Below, piece by piece: positions 46,201 through 54,004 of a stretch of DNA of 64,000 bases. A model generated the notes under the pieces. The model was not told the DNA's origin, made no database searches, and saw only the letters and a program-made list of their open reading frames with translations. Both the position numbers and the translations under genes were made by a program. The stretch lies in IMG/VR virus record IMGVR_UViG_3300044655_001643; one strand, given 5' to 3'. This DNA is from a virus. Each line of letters begins with the position of its first letter. Positions within the stretch are counted from its first letter, which is position 1.

Positions 46201-47357
46201 TATAGACCTCCGTTAGCGTTGGAACAGCCTGCTATCCCAAAAACGCTGTTAACCAAATCACCAAAATCAGTAGCATTTCCAGTAGACGCTATCGTTACAT
46301 AATCGATGACGTTACCGCCACCAGCCCCTCCAGCAAATACACCTCGTGTTGTGTTTGATGTTGAGCCTATGTAATACCTCCCTACTGTGAGATCGCCAAA
46401 GTCTATGGAATTACCCGTAGAAGCTATGGTGATATACTGTATGGTATTTTGATTCCCTGCGTTGCCTGCCTGTGCGCCAAAAAGTCCACGTGTAGATGAA
46501 CCACATCCAGCTAAACCATAATCAGCACCAAGCAAATCCCCAAAGTCTGTCGCATTTCCCACTGAAGAAATTGTTACATAGTCAATAATATTTGTTAGGG
46601 CTGCTCCTGTTCCGCCTGCAAAAACACCACGTGTAGGTGAAGAGCATGCCGCAAGTGTTGAAGAAGCTCTAGTCATATCTCCAAAATCTGTGGAATTTCC
46701 AATCGATGCATATGTAATGTATTGAATTACGTTGCTGCCAAGTCCTGTACCACCACCAGCAAAAAGGCCTCTAGTTGAAGAACCACATCCAGCTGGACCC
46801 TCTGCACTACCAAGCAAATCTCCAAAATCAGTAGCGTTGCCAACAGATGCAATAGTCACGTAGTCCACAACATTTTGACCAGACCCGCCACCAAAAACTC
46901 CACGGGTAGCGGAGGCGCAGGCAGCAATGTAATTTCTTGAAACTGTTAAATCGCCAAAATCAGTAGCGTTGCTAGTAGATGCTATGGTAATGTATTGAAT
47001 TACGTTCGTACCGCCACCAGCAAACAAACCTCTAATTCCAACAGGAGTTACACTTTCACTCACTTCACTAAAGGGGCTAGGACCATAACTATTTAACGCC
47101 CAAACACGAAACGTATATGGTGTGTCGTTAGTCAGACCTGTAACTGTAATAGGAGAAGAAGAACCAGTCGCTGCTACACCAGTATTTGAAACAGCGTAGT
47201 ATGCAGTAATGGCAGCTCCGCCAATGTTCGATGGTGCAGTAAAAGTGACGGATGCTTCAGCGTCACCACCTGTTGCTGTGCCAATCGTTGGCGCATTAGG
47301 AACCTGTAGTGGATTATAGAAAGCTGATATAAAACCAGCTATGCGACGACCTGGCAT
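46200..47357 (-). CDS. Fibronectin-III domain + Kelch-like beta-propeller (6 repeats)
   Basis: VPNAPTIGTAT...VTGLTNDTPYTFRVWALN FN3 pattern, then 6 DFGDL repeats. Confidence 0.72.
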   Translation of the reverse strand: MPGRRIAGFISAFYNPLQVPNAPTIGTATGGDAEASVTFTAPSNIGGAAITAYYAVSNTGVAATGSSSPITVTGLTNDTPYTFRVWALNSYGPSPFSEVSESVTPVGIRGLFAGGGTNVIQYITIASTSNATDFGDLTVSRNYIAACASATRGVFGGGSGQNVVDYVTIASVGNATDFGDLLGSAEGPAGCGSSTRGLFAGGGTGLGSNVIQYITYASIGNSTDFGDMTRASSTLAACSSPTRGVFAGGTGAALTNIIDYVTISSVGNATDFGDLLGADYGLAGCGSSTRGLFGAQAGNAGNQNTIQYITIASTGNSIDFGDLTVGRYYIGSTSNTTRGVFAGGAGGGNVIDYVTIASTGNATDFGDLVNSVFGIAGCSNANGGL

Positions 47358-47363
47358 TTTATA

Positions 47364-47747
47364 TTAGCTAATCGTTTCGTATGAACAAGTAAATGTCAAA
47401 GAGTTTGCTGAACTACTCTGTACCCATACCATACTTGCTTCACCCGTAACAGTGGTGTCTAACAAATAAAATGATGTACTTTTGTCCAGTAACACTAGCG
47501 TTGCATCAGCAGGAACTGAAATCGTGTTTGCAATCGAACGGTATGTTGTACCGTCTGCAAGACGAAGTTCCACTGTGCAATCGTATGCAGTTGCTGGATC
47601 CAGATTTGCTACAATGATTGTGTTGATTTTATGTGTCGCACCTGATGCAGGCGCTGCAACCAATCCTTGTCGTGCAGTGTTTGCTGGCGTAAGTGTCACT
47701 GTATGTGGTACAATGGTAGTTACGTTTACAATATTAGGTGCGGCCAT
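47364..47747 (-). CDS. Small beta-sandwich virion adaptor-like protein (MAAPNIVNV type)
   Basis: KINTIIVAN, ISVPADATLVLLDK, SYETIS; similar size and pattern to 52190..52528 and 53215..53547. Confidence 0.6.
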   Translation of the reverse strand: MAAPNIVNVTTIVPHTVTLTPANTARQGLVAAPASGATHKINTIIVANLDPATAYDCTVELRLADGTTYRSIANTISVPADATLVLLDKSTSFYLLDTTVTGEASMVWVQSSSANSLTFTCSYETIS

Positions 47748-47750
47748 TTA

Positions 47751-48323
47751 TTATGCTCCAAAAATAATTGATCCTATAAATCCTGAACTTAGGATTTTTG
47801 AGTTTGCTGAAGAAGAAAATTGATTTGCTGAAATTGATGTCTCGGCAATGAGATTACCAGTGATTTGCCCTGCAACGATGTTATTGCCACGAATTGCATT
47901 CGCAACGATGTTGTTACCCGACACAGCATTGTCTGCAATCAAGTTACCCGTAATCGTACCAGCAACGATGTTATTGCCACGAATTGCATTGACTGTGATA
48001 TTGTTACCAGAAACTGCACCACTTGCAAGTTTTACACCCGTAACAGAACCATCTGATGGTACTTGTGTTGTTGTACCATTACCAAGATGATGAATAATGA
48101 CATTGTTTGTACCAGTACCGGGTGCAACTGTAAATGTGATAACAGCACCATTCAACGAATAGTCGAAGCCAGGTCTTTGATATACACCATTGACATACAC
48201 AGCAATAGATGCTGTGCCTGCTGGTGACCTTGCCAATGTGCCAAAAGCAACAGTGCTACCGTCACCGTTGTAAACATCAACGATATAAGGTACTGATGTA
48301 ACTTGATTGCCAATATAAGACAT
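47751..48323 (-). CDS. Fibre linker: YIGN N-terminus, FTVAP domain, GN repeats
   Basis: MSYIGNQ, GDGSTVAF, VNGVYQRP, ITFTVAP; paralog of 52547..53215. Confidence 0.65.
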   Translation of the reverse strand: MSYIGNQVTSVPYIVDVYNGDGSTVAFGTLARSPAGTASIAVYVNGVYQRPGFDYSLNGAVITFTVAPGTGTNNVIIHHLGNGTTTQVPSDGSVTGVKLASGAVSGNNITVNAIRGNNIVAGTITGNLIADNAVSGNNIVANAIRGNNIVAGQITGNLIAETSISANQFSSSANSKILSSGFIGSIIFGA

Positions 48324-48342
48324 TTATATTCCTGTTTTTACT

Positions 48343-48762
48343 TTATTTATTTGACCTTGATGGCGGTTCACCATCAGGTGCAGGATATTGTTCGTTCACC
48401 AATTTGATTGTACGATAAAAGTCTGATTCTTTTCCTGGAATCTGCTCTTTATCAATTGCATTCCACAACATATTGAATAATACTGTGATGTCAGGATATG
48501 CTTGATACCGATCATAAAAGTGTTGCCAGTAATCACAAAATCTTTGTTGAAACTCTAATTCTTCTTCTATTTCTTCTTGTGTTGGTGGTGACAATCCTTC
48601 TTCATCTTGCCACTCACCAAAAATATAATTACCATCTTGTTGTGATAAACCATACTTTGCAGTTGGTCTAAGCGCACGAATTGCTGATTGTGGGTTACAT
48701 GAAAACTTTTTATTTTCATGATCAATCAAAAACTGCGAATAAAATATTTCTTCGTTATTCAT
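48343..48762 (-). CDS. Hypothetical protein, XkdW-like fibre-associated chaperone candidate
   Basis: AIRALRP, W......PPTQEEI, R..AYP.I...L.MLW pattern. Confidence 0.5.
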   Translation of the reverse strand: MNNEEIFYSQFLIDHENKKFSCNPQSAIRALRPTAKYGLSQQDGNYIFGEWQDEEGLSPPTQEEIEEELEFQQRFCDYWQHFYDRYQAYPDITVLFNMLWNAIDKEQIPGKESDFYRTIKLVNEQYPAPDGEPPSRSNK

Positions 48763-48790
48763 TCAATCACCTTTCATTTTATGTATTTAC

Positions 48791-49270
48791 TTATGGCTGT
48801 TCTGGCCACTGAATAGTCCAAGGGAAGCCTTCTTGCTCAGAAATGTCACGCAGTGCTTGACGATATGTAGCCCATGCTGCTTTATCAGCAGTTGAATCTT
48901 CCAATTGTGTCCAATCAGATTGCGACAGTCTTTGATTGCGTGTCTGACGAACAGCACTTGCTTGCTCGGCATCTTTTCTTGCTTTATATTCTGCTTCTTG
49001 TTCAGCAGCAGTTTTTTCTTCATTGTCAGTGAAGATTGGTCCTAGTACATACTTAGTGTACCATTTTCCATCTTCTTGCTGTTCAATGCCAGCAAATTGA
49101 CTGTATTGATAAACTGTGCCACCAGATGCTTGTGGTCCTTCAAATACAGAATCAACGCCATTTGCTTCCATCCATTCAAGAGTAATTGGAAAAGGAGCAT
49201 GTGGCAAAGTGCCACGTAGAGCTTGATCTGTTGCAAAGTATTCGCCTGTTGATTGTAATCTGTATCCCAT
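48791..49270 (-). CDS. Phage tail fibre assembly chaperone
   Basis: C-terminal VRQTRNQRLSQSDWTQL...WATYRQALRDI..Q.GFP..IQWP. Confidence 0.8.
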   Translation of the reverse strand: MGYRLQSTGEYFATDQALRGTLPHAPFPITLEWMEANGVDSVFEGPQASGGTVYQYSQFAGIEQQEDGKWYTKYVLGPIFTDNEEKTAAEQEAEYKARKDAEQASAVRQTRNQRLSQSDWTQLEDSTADKAAWATYRQALRDISEQEGFPWTIQWPEQP

Positions 49271-49295
49271 GATTGTTTCCTATTGAAAAATTGTT

Positions 49296-52187
49296 TTATG
49301 CGATTGCCATGTAAATAAATTTTGGGTTTGATACGTAGATATCGCCATCACCGTTTCCTAGTATACACATCTCGTTTCCATATGCAACACATAAAAGCGG
49401 CGGAGTGCTGCCGGCGGATCCGCCGGTTGACCAAGTAATTCCGTCAGAGGAATAACCAGTCTCACCTGCCGTGGCGACTGCAACAAATCTATTATCCGTC
49501 CAAACAACGCCTCGGATGTTATTGCCAGACAAGGCGCCAGGGCTTCTGCTTGTCCATGTGATCAAATCTGGTGATGTTCTTGTGACTCCACTATTACCCA
49601 TCGCTACGTAAAGGTTATTTCCATAAGCGATGGCATAATAATCGTCGGTAGCGCCGCCAGTGTTTTGAACTGTAAAGTTAATACCGTCAGCTGAGGAAAC
49701 CAATGCACCGTTGTTACCTGCGAATACAAGAATTCCATTTAATAATTTGACGACATTTAAAGTTTGAGCAGTGCCGATTGATACCGTTGACCAAGTAACA
49801 CCATCGGTCGAAGAAACTACTGTTCCACTTACACCACATGCCCAATATTTACCGAATGCGTAAGCAGCACTCGTCAAATTACTCGCTGTACCACTAGTTC
49901 TTGTAGTCCAAGTCGTTAGGTTGGAGGAGGTGGATATTCTCCCACCGTCACCAACAGCTAAATAAAGGCCATTACCATAGGCCACACCATTGATAGCCGT
50001 GCTGACACCAGTGAGAACTGCGGAGGTTGTAGTCCACGAATACCCGGAAGTAGAGTATCTGATGTTATTACCTGAATCCCCAAACACCCAATAACCATTC
50101 TCGTACATGATGTCTAAAATATCAAGAGTACCTGCAACAGCAGCTTGCACCTCCCAATTATCGGCGTATGACCCATTAAGATTCTCAGGTGCTGTGCTGG
50201 TTATTTCAAACCCTAATGAGTATGGGTCTATGTAATCAGTAGAAGTGTTTTCAGCAGTGTTTGAATTAAGGGCAAACCAAGGATCATTTCCTGCGACGAT
50301 ACCTCTGGCACTATCGTACACATACGTAAGACCACTTGTTAGTAAAGACCTGATTAAAATGAACCGAGCGCCTGATGTAAACCCGCAGTCCACTTGATTT
50401 GTATTACCCGAACCTTTGCCGACGTAATAGGATACTTTTGATACGCCCGGCACTGAGCCAAACAAATATGCTACTAGACTCGCAGCCGAATCGTTAACGC
50501 CCGTCAGTGTGCCAACAGTAAACACTGATGCCGTCGGTGCAGTATTGTTAAATGCGGTGACACCACCCTCAGGTTGACTTTGACTGTTCAAATTTAACCA
50601 AGCAGTCGGCCCAAGTGTGTTGGTGTAAACAATCCAGTCCCGAGTTCCGGTTGATGATTTGATCCACATCATCTGCGGAACCGCACCGAGGTTATGTGGG
50701 ACTGTTCGAGTTACACCACTACCGGTGTAGGTCACAACATCAAAAAATCCTGGCGCACGTGCAAACGCTTCCACTACTTGGTTACTAGCAACAGTGCTTG
50801 CATTCAAATCCGCTATTCCATCATTACCGACACCAAAACCATTCATCGCAGAGAAAGAATTGCCGTATCCTACTGTCGGCGTCATCAAGGAATCTGCGTC
50901 GGTAACACCTGGCGCCGTGGCGCCAGTCTCCAAATATTGGTTTCCTCTTAATCTATCACCCATCACCATGCCCGAGATGCCCGTCGTATCTCTTTGACGA
51001 GCCATAATCATGTCTGTCAAAATGCCAGTAGGAACTAATCTATTATCTACGTTTGTTCCGGTGTATACAAAAGGCTGAAACACTTTACTAGCATCTGTTG
51101 GTGTTCTCATCGGACCACGACGAATGGCGATGTAGGCAAAGTTATATCCAGCAGTTCCACCTCCATTTAATGCACTGGAAACAGTAAATCCAGTGGCAGT
51201 TGGTCGTATCCATGAAGCACCGAAACTTGCTTCTGCGTCAACAGAATTCGCATAGACATATGAATTGTCCGCTAAAGTCATTTCACGTATAACATCAAAT
51301 ATAAATCCACCAGTAACCGCACCTGATGTAGTGCTTCTAACATATATCCATTGTGGCTCATAACCAAGATTTATGTCTTGCGTAGCACCTGTTGTCGAAG
51401 TATAGCTTCCACAACTAATCACATTGTCCGTGCCAGTAAGACCAAAGCCACCTGCATTGTGAGCGAATACGTATGCAACGTATGTGCTTCCTGCCACACC
51501 ACCAAAATTGGACAAATTAAAGTCAAATGATGTGCTGGTAACGTTTTCACACACCGTTCCAGAAATCGCTGCGGCCGTATCATTTAGATAGAAATATTGA
51601 GAAGCTGTACTTCGATGGTAAACCTGCCAGTTCCCAGTACCGTTTGTCCGTTTAATAAAAATACATCCCGGAATGGAACCTAAAGAATGGTTCACTGTTA
51701 GCAATCCAGAAGCAACTCCGGGTTGAGTAAACGTCACAACATCAAAGAAATTTGGCTGCTGGCGGAATGTCCATGATGTATAACGAGCATTGTTTACACC
51801 TATTCCAGTTGCACTATCGACCGTAAATCCATTAGCGTTAAATGCAGTCAGGCTATTGGCAAGAGAAACCTCTGCACCAGTCGTGTCGCTGTTTATCTCA
51901 TCCGTAACGCCTCGTTCTGTATCAAACAAAAAATTACTAGTTGCCGTACTTCTGCCTTTGATCCAAACTAATCCACCTTTACCCAACAAATCAATTTCGT
52001 TAGTAATGTTTTGGGAGGCTCCAGTGCCTGTATACAAGTACGTCGAAAATACTTCTTCGATGTAATTACGAATTGCAGGTGCCGAAGGAAAAGGAAAACG
52101 TCTAAGGCTCAGTCGATTTGAACTGAACTTATATGTTGATAACTTTTTACTCTGAAGAGTACCTACAGTGGCTCTTTTTAGGCTCAT
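49296..52187 (-). CDS. Tail fibre / receptor-binding protein with repeated FDVVTYTG beta-domains and an inserted BNR-like propeller
   Basis: Repeated F(D/S)xxxYTG...H.LG..P...IK domains; VAYGNG..VAVG..G....S.DG..W repeats; followed by a chaperone gene. Confidence 0.72.
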   Translation of the reverse strand: MSLKRATVGTLQSKKLSTYKFSSNRLSLRRFPFPSAPAIRNYIEEVFSTYLYTGTGASQNITNEIDLLGKGGLVWIKGRSTATSNFLFDTERGVTDEINSDTTGAEVSLANSLTAFNANGFTVDSATGIGVNNARYTSWTFRQQPNFFDVVTFTQPGVASGLLTVNHSLGSIPGCIFIKRTNGTGNWQVYHRSTASQYFYLNDTAAAISGTVCENVTSTSFDFNLSNFGGVAGSTYVAYVFAHNAGGFGLTGTDNVISCGSYTSTTGATQDINLGYEPQWIYVRSTTSGAVTGGFIFDVIREMTLADNSYVYANSVDAEASFGASWIRPTATGFTVSSALNGGGTAGYNFAYIAIRRGPMRTPTDASKVFQPFVYTGTNVDNRLVPTGILTDMIMARQRDTTGISGMVMGDRLRGNQYLETGATAPGVTDADSLMTPTVGYGNSFSAMNGFGVGNDGIADLNASTVASNQVVEAFARAPGFFDVVTYTGSGVTRTVPHNLGAVPQMMWIKSSTGTRDWIVYTNTLGPTAWLNLNSQSQPEGGVTAFNNTAPTASVFTVGTLTGVNDSAASLVAYLFGSVPGVSKVSYYVGKGSGNTNQVDCGFTSGARFILIRSLLTSGLTYVYDSARGIVAGNDPWFALNSNTAENTSTDYIDPYSLGFEITSTAPENLNGSYADNWEVQAAVAGTLDILDIMYENGYWVFGDSGNNIRYSTSGYSWTTTSAVLTGVSTAINGVAYGNGLYLAVGDGGRISTSSNLTTWTTRTSGTASNLTSAAYAFGKYWACGVSGTVVSSTDGVTWSTVSIGTAQTLNVVKLLNGILVFAGNNGALVSSADGINFTVQNTGGATDDYYAIAYGNNLYVAMGNSGVTRTSPDLITWTSRSPGALSGNNIRGVVWTDNRFVAVATAGETGYSSDGITWSTGGSAGSTPPLLCVAYGNEMCILGNGDGDIYVSNPKFIYMAIA

Positions 52188-52189
52188 TC

Positions 52190-52528
52190 TTAGTAGACTT
52201 CAGTGCCAAATGCGGAGAACGATAAGAGTGAACTGTTTGCATTGACAGAAACAATAGAGCCTGCATTGAGAGTAACACCCAAAGTCAGCGTAACTGTATC
52301 TCTTCCTGGCACATTGACACTGTATGCAAGATAGTTTGCATTTGCCACAGCAACACCTGAAGCGTTAGCTGCAATTCTAAATGCACCACCGTTTGCAGCG
52401 CCTTCATCCAGGTTTGCTACAGTGATTGATGAAATGATAGCAGAATTGCCCGCTGGCACTGTGTAAAGAGTGCTGAGTACATTTGCTGTCGGATTTCTTT
52501 GTCCTAAAATTTTATATGCTCTTGCCAT
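52190..52528 (-). CDS. Small beta-sandwich adaptor-like protein (YKILGQ type)
   Basis: YKILGQ.NP, LYTVP, ISSITVAN, LTLGVTL, SFSAFGTE. Confidence 0.6.
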   Translation of the reverse strand: MARAYKILGQRNPTANVLSTLYTVPAGNSAIISSITVANLDEGAANGGAFRIAANASGVAVANANYLAYSVNVPGRDTVTLTLGVTLNAGSIVSVNANSSLLSFSAFGTEVY

Positions 52529-52546
52529 TTGTTAGTTTTCCTTTGT

Positions 52547-53215
52547 TTACATTCCACCAAATAAAAATGCATCATCAAATATGTCTGGAGGTGATACGAT
52601 GTTATTTCCAGAGATTGCATTATCTGCGATTAGATTACCTGTAATTGTTCCCTCAACAATATTGTTAGCACGAATAATACCTTCAGCCAATTCATTACCA
52701 GTAATTGCACCATCTGCAATTAGATTACCTGTGATTGTACCTGCAACAATATTATTAGCACGAATTGAATTTTCTGTAATGTTATTTCCACTTACCGAAG
52801 TCACACCTAGTTTTACACCCGTAACACTACCATCTGCAATATCTGATGCAATCACTGTTCCTGGTGCAATCTTACTGCTCGTCACAGAGTTATCTGCAAG
52901 TGCTCCTGTAGTAACTGCATTTGCTTGAAGTTGACTTGCAGAAACTTGATTGAACGTCAGTGTAATTGGTGATGTATAGTTCACCAAAATGTTTTCTGTT
53001 CCTAGAGATGGCGCTTCAGTAAATGTAACAATACCTGAAGAAACATTATACGATGCTATTGGTGTTTGTAATACACTGTTGACAACAACTAAAATCGCAT
53101 TGGCATCATCAATAGTTCTTGACAAAGTGAACTGAGTGCAAGCACCTGTACCGCTAAACTTGTCTACTTTAGCAGTAAAAACGTTGACTTCAGGGCTATT
53201 GCCAATATATGCCAT
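52547..53215 (-). CDS. Fibre linker: YIGN N-terminus, FTEAP domain, 10-aa repeats, C-terminus IFDDAFLFGGM
   Basis: MAYIGNSP, VNSVLQTP, VTFTEAP, DGSVTGVKL/GN repeats. Confidence 0.65.
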   Translation of the reverse strand: MAYIGNSPEVNVFTAKVDKFSGTGACTQFTLSRTIDDANAILVVVNSVLQTPIASYNVSSGIVTFTEAPSLGTENILVNYTSPITLTFNQVSASQLQANAVTTGALADNSVTSSKIAPGTVIASDIADGSVTGVKLGVTSVSGNNITENSIRANNIVAGTITGNLIADGAITGNELAEGIIRANNIVEGTITGNLIADNAISGNNIVSPPDIFDDAFLFGGM

Positions 53216-53547
53216 TAGGTAATCTCCAGAATTGAAACAATAACGTCTGCTGATGATGCGATTGAAGTGTTGACTTGTAGATAGTCACCTGATTCAAGCA
53301 CTAGTTTTTGATCGCCGCCGACTGGCACTAAAGCACCACCAGGTGCCACTGTCGCTTCTTTGACCAGATAAACATTACCAGTAATATTGCCTCCACTTAG
53401 AATGACATTTGCAGAAATTGGTGTAGCAGTAATGTTGGCAATTGTCATACCAATTACCGTTGCTTGTACGCCAGCACCAGCTGCATAAGCATTCTGCGCT
53501 GTTGTTCCAGCAGCTTTGAGTGTTTGATTTTTGAAAGTATTAGCCAT
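53215..53547 (-). CDS. Small beta-sandwich adaptor-like protein (MANTFKN type)
   Basis: TVIGMTIAN, LVK...V.PGGAL, KLVLESGD, DVIVSILEIT. Confidence 0.6.
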   Translation of the reverse strand: MANTFKNQTLKAAGTTAQNAYAAGAGVQATVIGMTIANITATPISANVILSGGNITGNVYLVKEATVAPGGALVPVGGDQKLVLESGDYLQVNTSIASSADVIVSILEIT

Positions 53548-53576
53548 TAAATCCTCTGTTTTTCTTCAGTATTTAT

Positions 53577-53792
53577 TCAACCCAAAGCGATAGCAAAAGC
53601 AAGGGCATCATCAACAATAGAGTTATTTCCAGTTACAGTAAAGTCTCCACCAACAACTAAGTTTGTGTTAGCATAAAACGTGCCACCGACACCGTTTGTC
53701 AGATTATTCGCAACTGCAATCAGGTCTTGTGTTGAAACAAGCCACTGCTGGAAAGTATTTGCGGTAGTTACTTGATTAATATTCGCTGGCAT
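53577..53792 (-). CDS. Small fibre-anchor protein ending ALAFAIALG
   Basis: NTFQQW...T..LI N-terminal motif of T4-like fibre anchors; hydrophobic C-terminal tag. Confidence 0.55.
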   Translation of the reverse strand: MPANINQVTTANTFQQWLVSTQDLIAVANNLTNGVGGTFYANTNLVVGGDFTVTGNNSIVDDALAFAIALG

Positions 53793-53794
53793 TT

Positions 53795-54004
53795 TTATCC
53801 TCTATTTACAATCTGTTGCAACAAAAACTTGATTTCTTGAAAATCATTTTTCAAAGACGCTATCTCTTCATTGAGATGTTGAATCTCATCTTTCACTTTG
53901 TTTTTATTTCTGTGTTCCATCAAAGTTTCCCTGTCAACGCTAATTATTGCATTGTTGAAAGGATCTCTCAAAAGATTTTTATGGTCTTTTACTTTATGCA
54001 TCAT
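53795..54004 (-). CDS. Small coiled-coil protein following the VrlC-like gene
   Basis: KVKDHKNLLRD..NNAII, C-terminal heptads EI..LK.DFQEIK.LL. Confidence 0.65.
   Translation of the reverse strand: MMHKVKDHKNLLRDPFNNAIISVDRETLMEHRNKNKVKDEIQHLNEEIASLKNDFQEIKFLLQQIVNRG

Noticed and set aside
49411-49426. Perfect 16-bp palindrome CCGGCGGATCCGCCGG
   Set aside because: It is inside a CDS (TGGSAG codons), single copy, with no U-tract or regulatory context.
33759-53215. Tandem DNA repeats that could be mistaken for a CRISPR array or DGR template/variable repeats
   Set aside because: The repeats are in-frame protein repeats with synonymous divergence. There are no unique spacers, no cas genes, no reverse transcriptase and no adenine-specific mismatch pattern.
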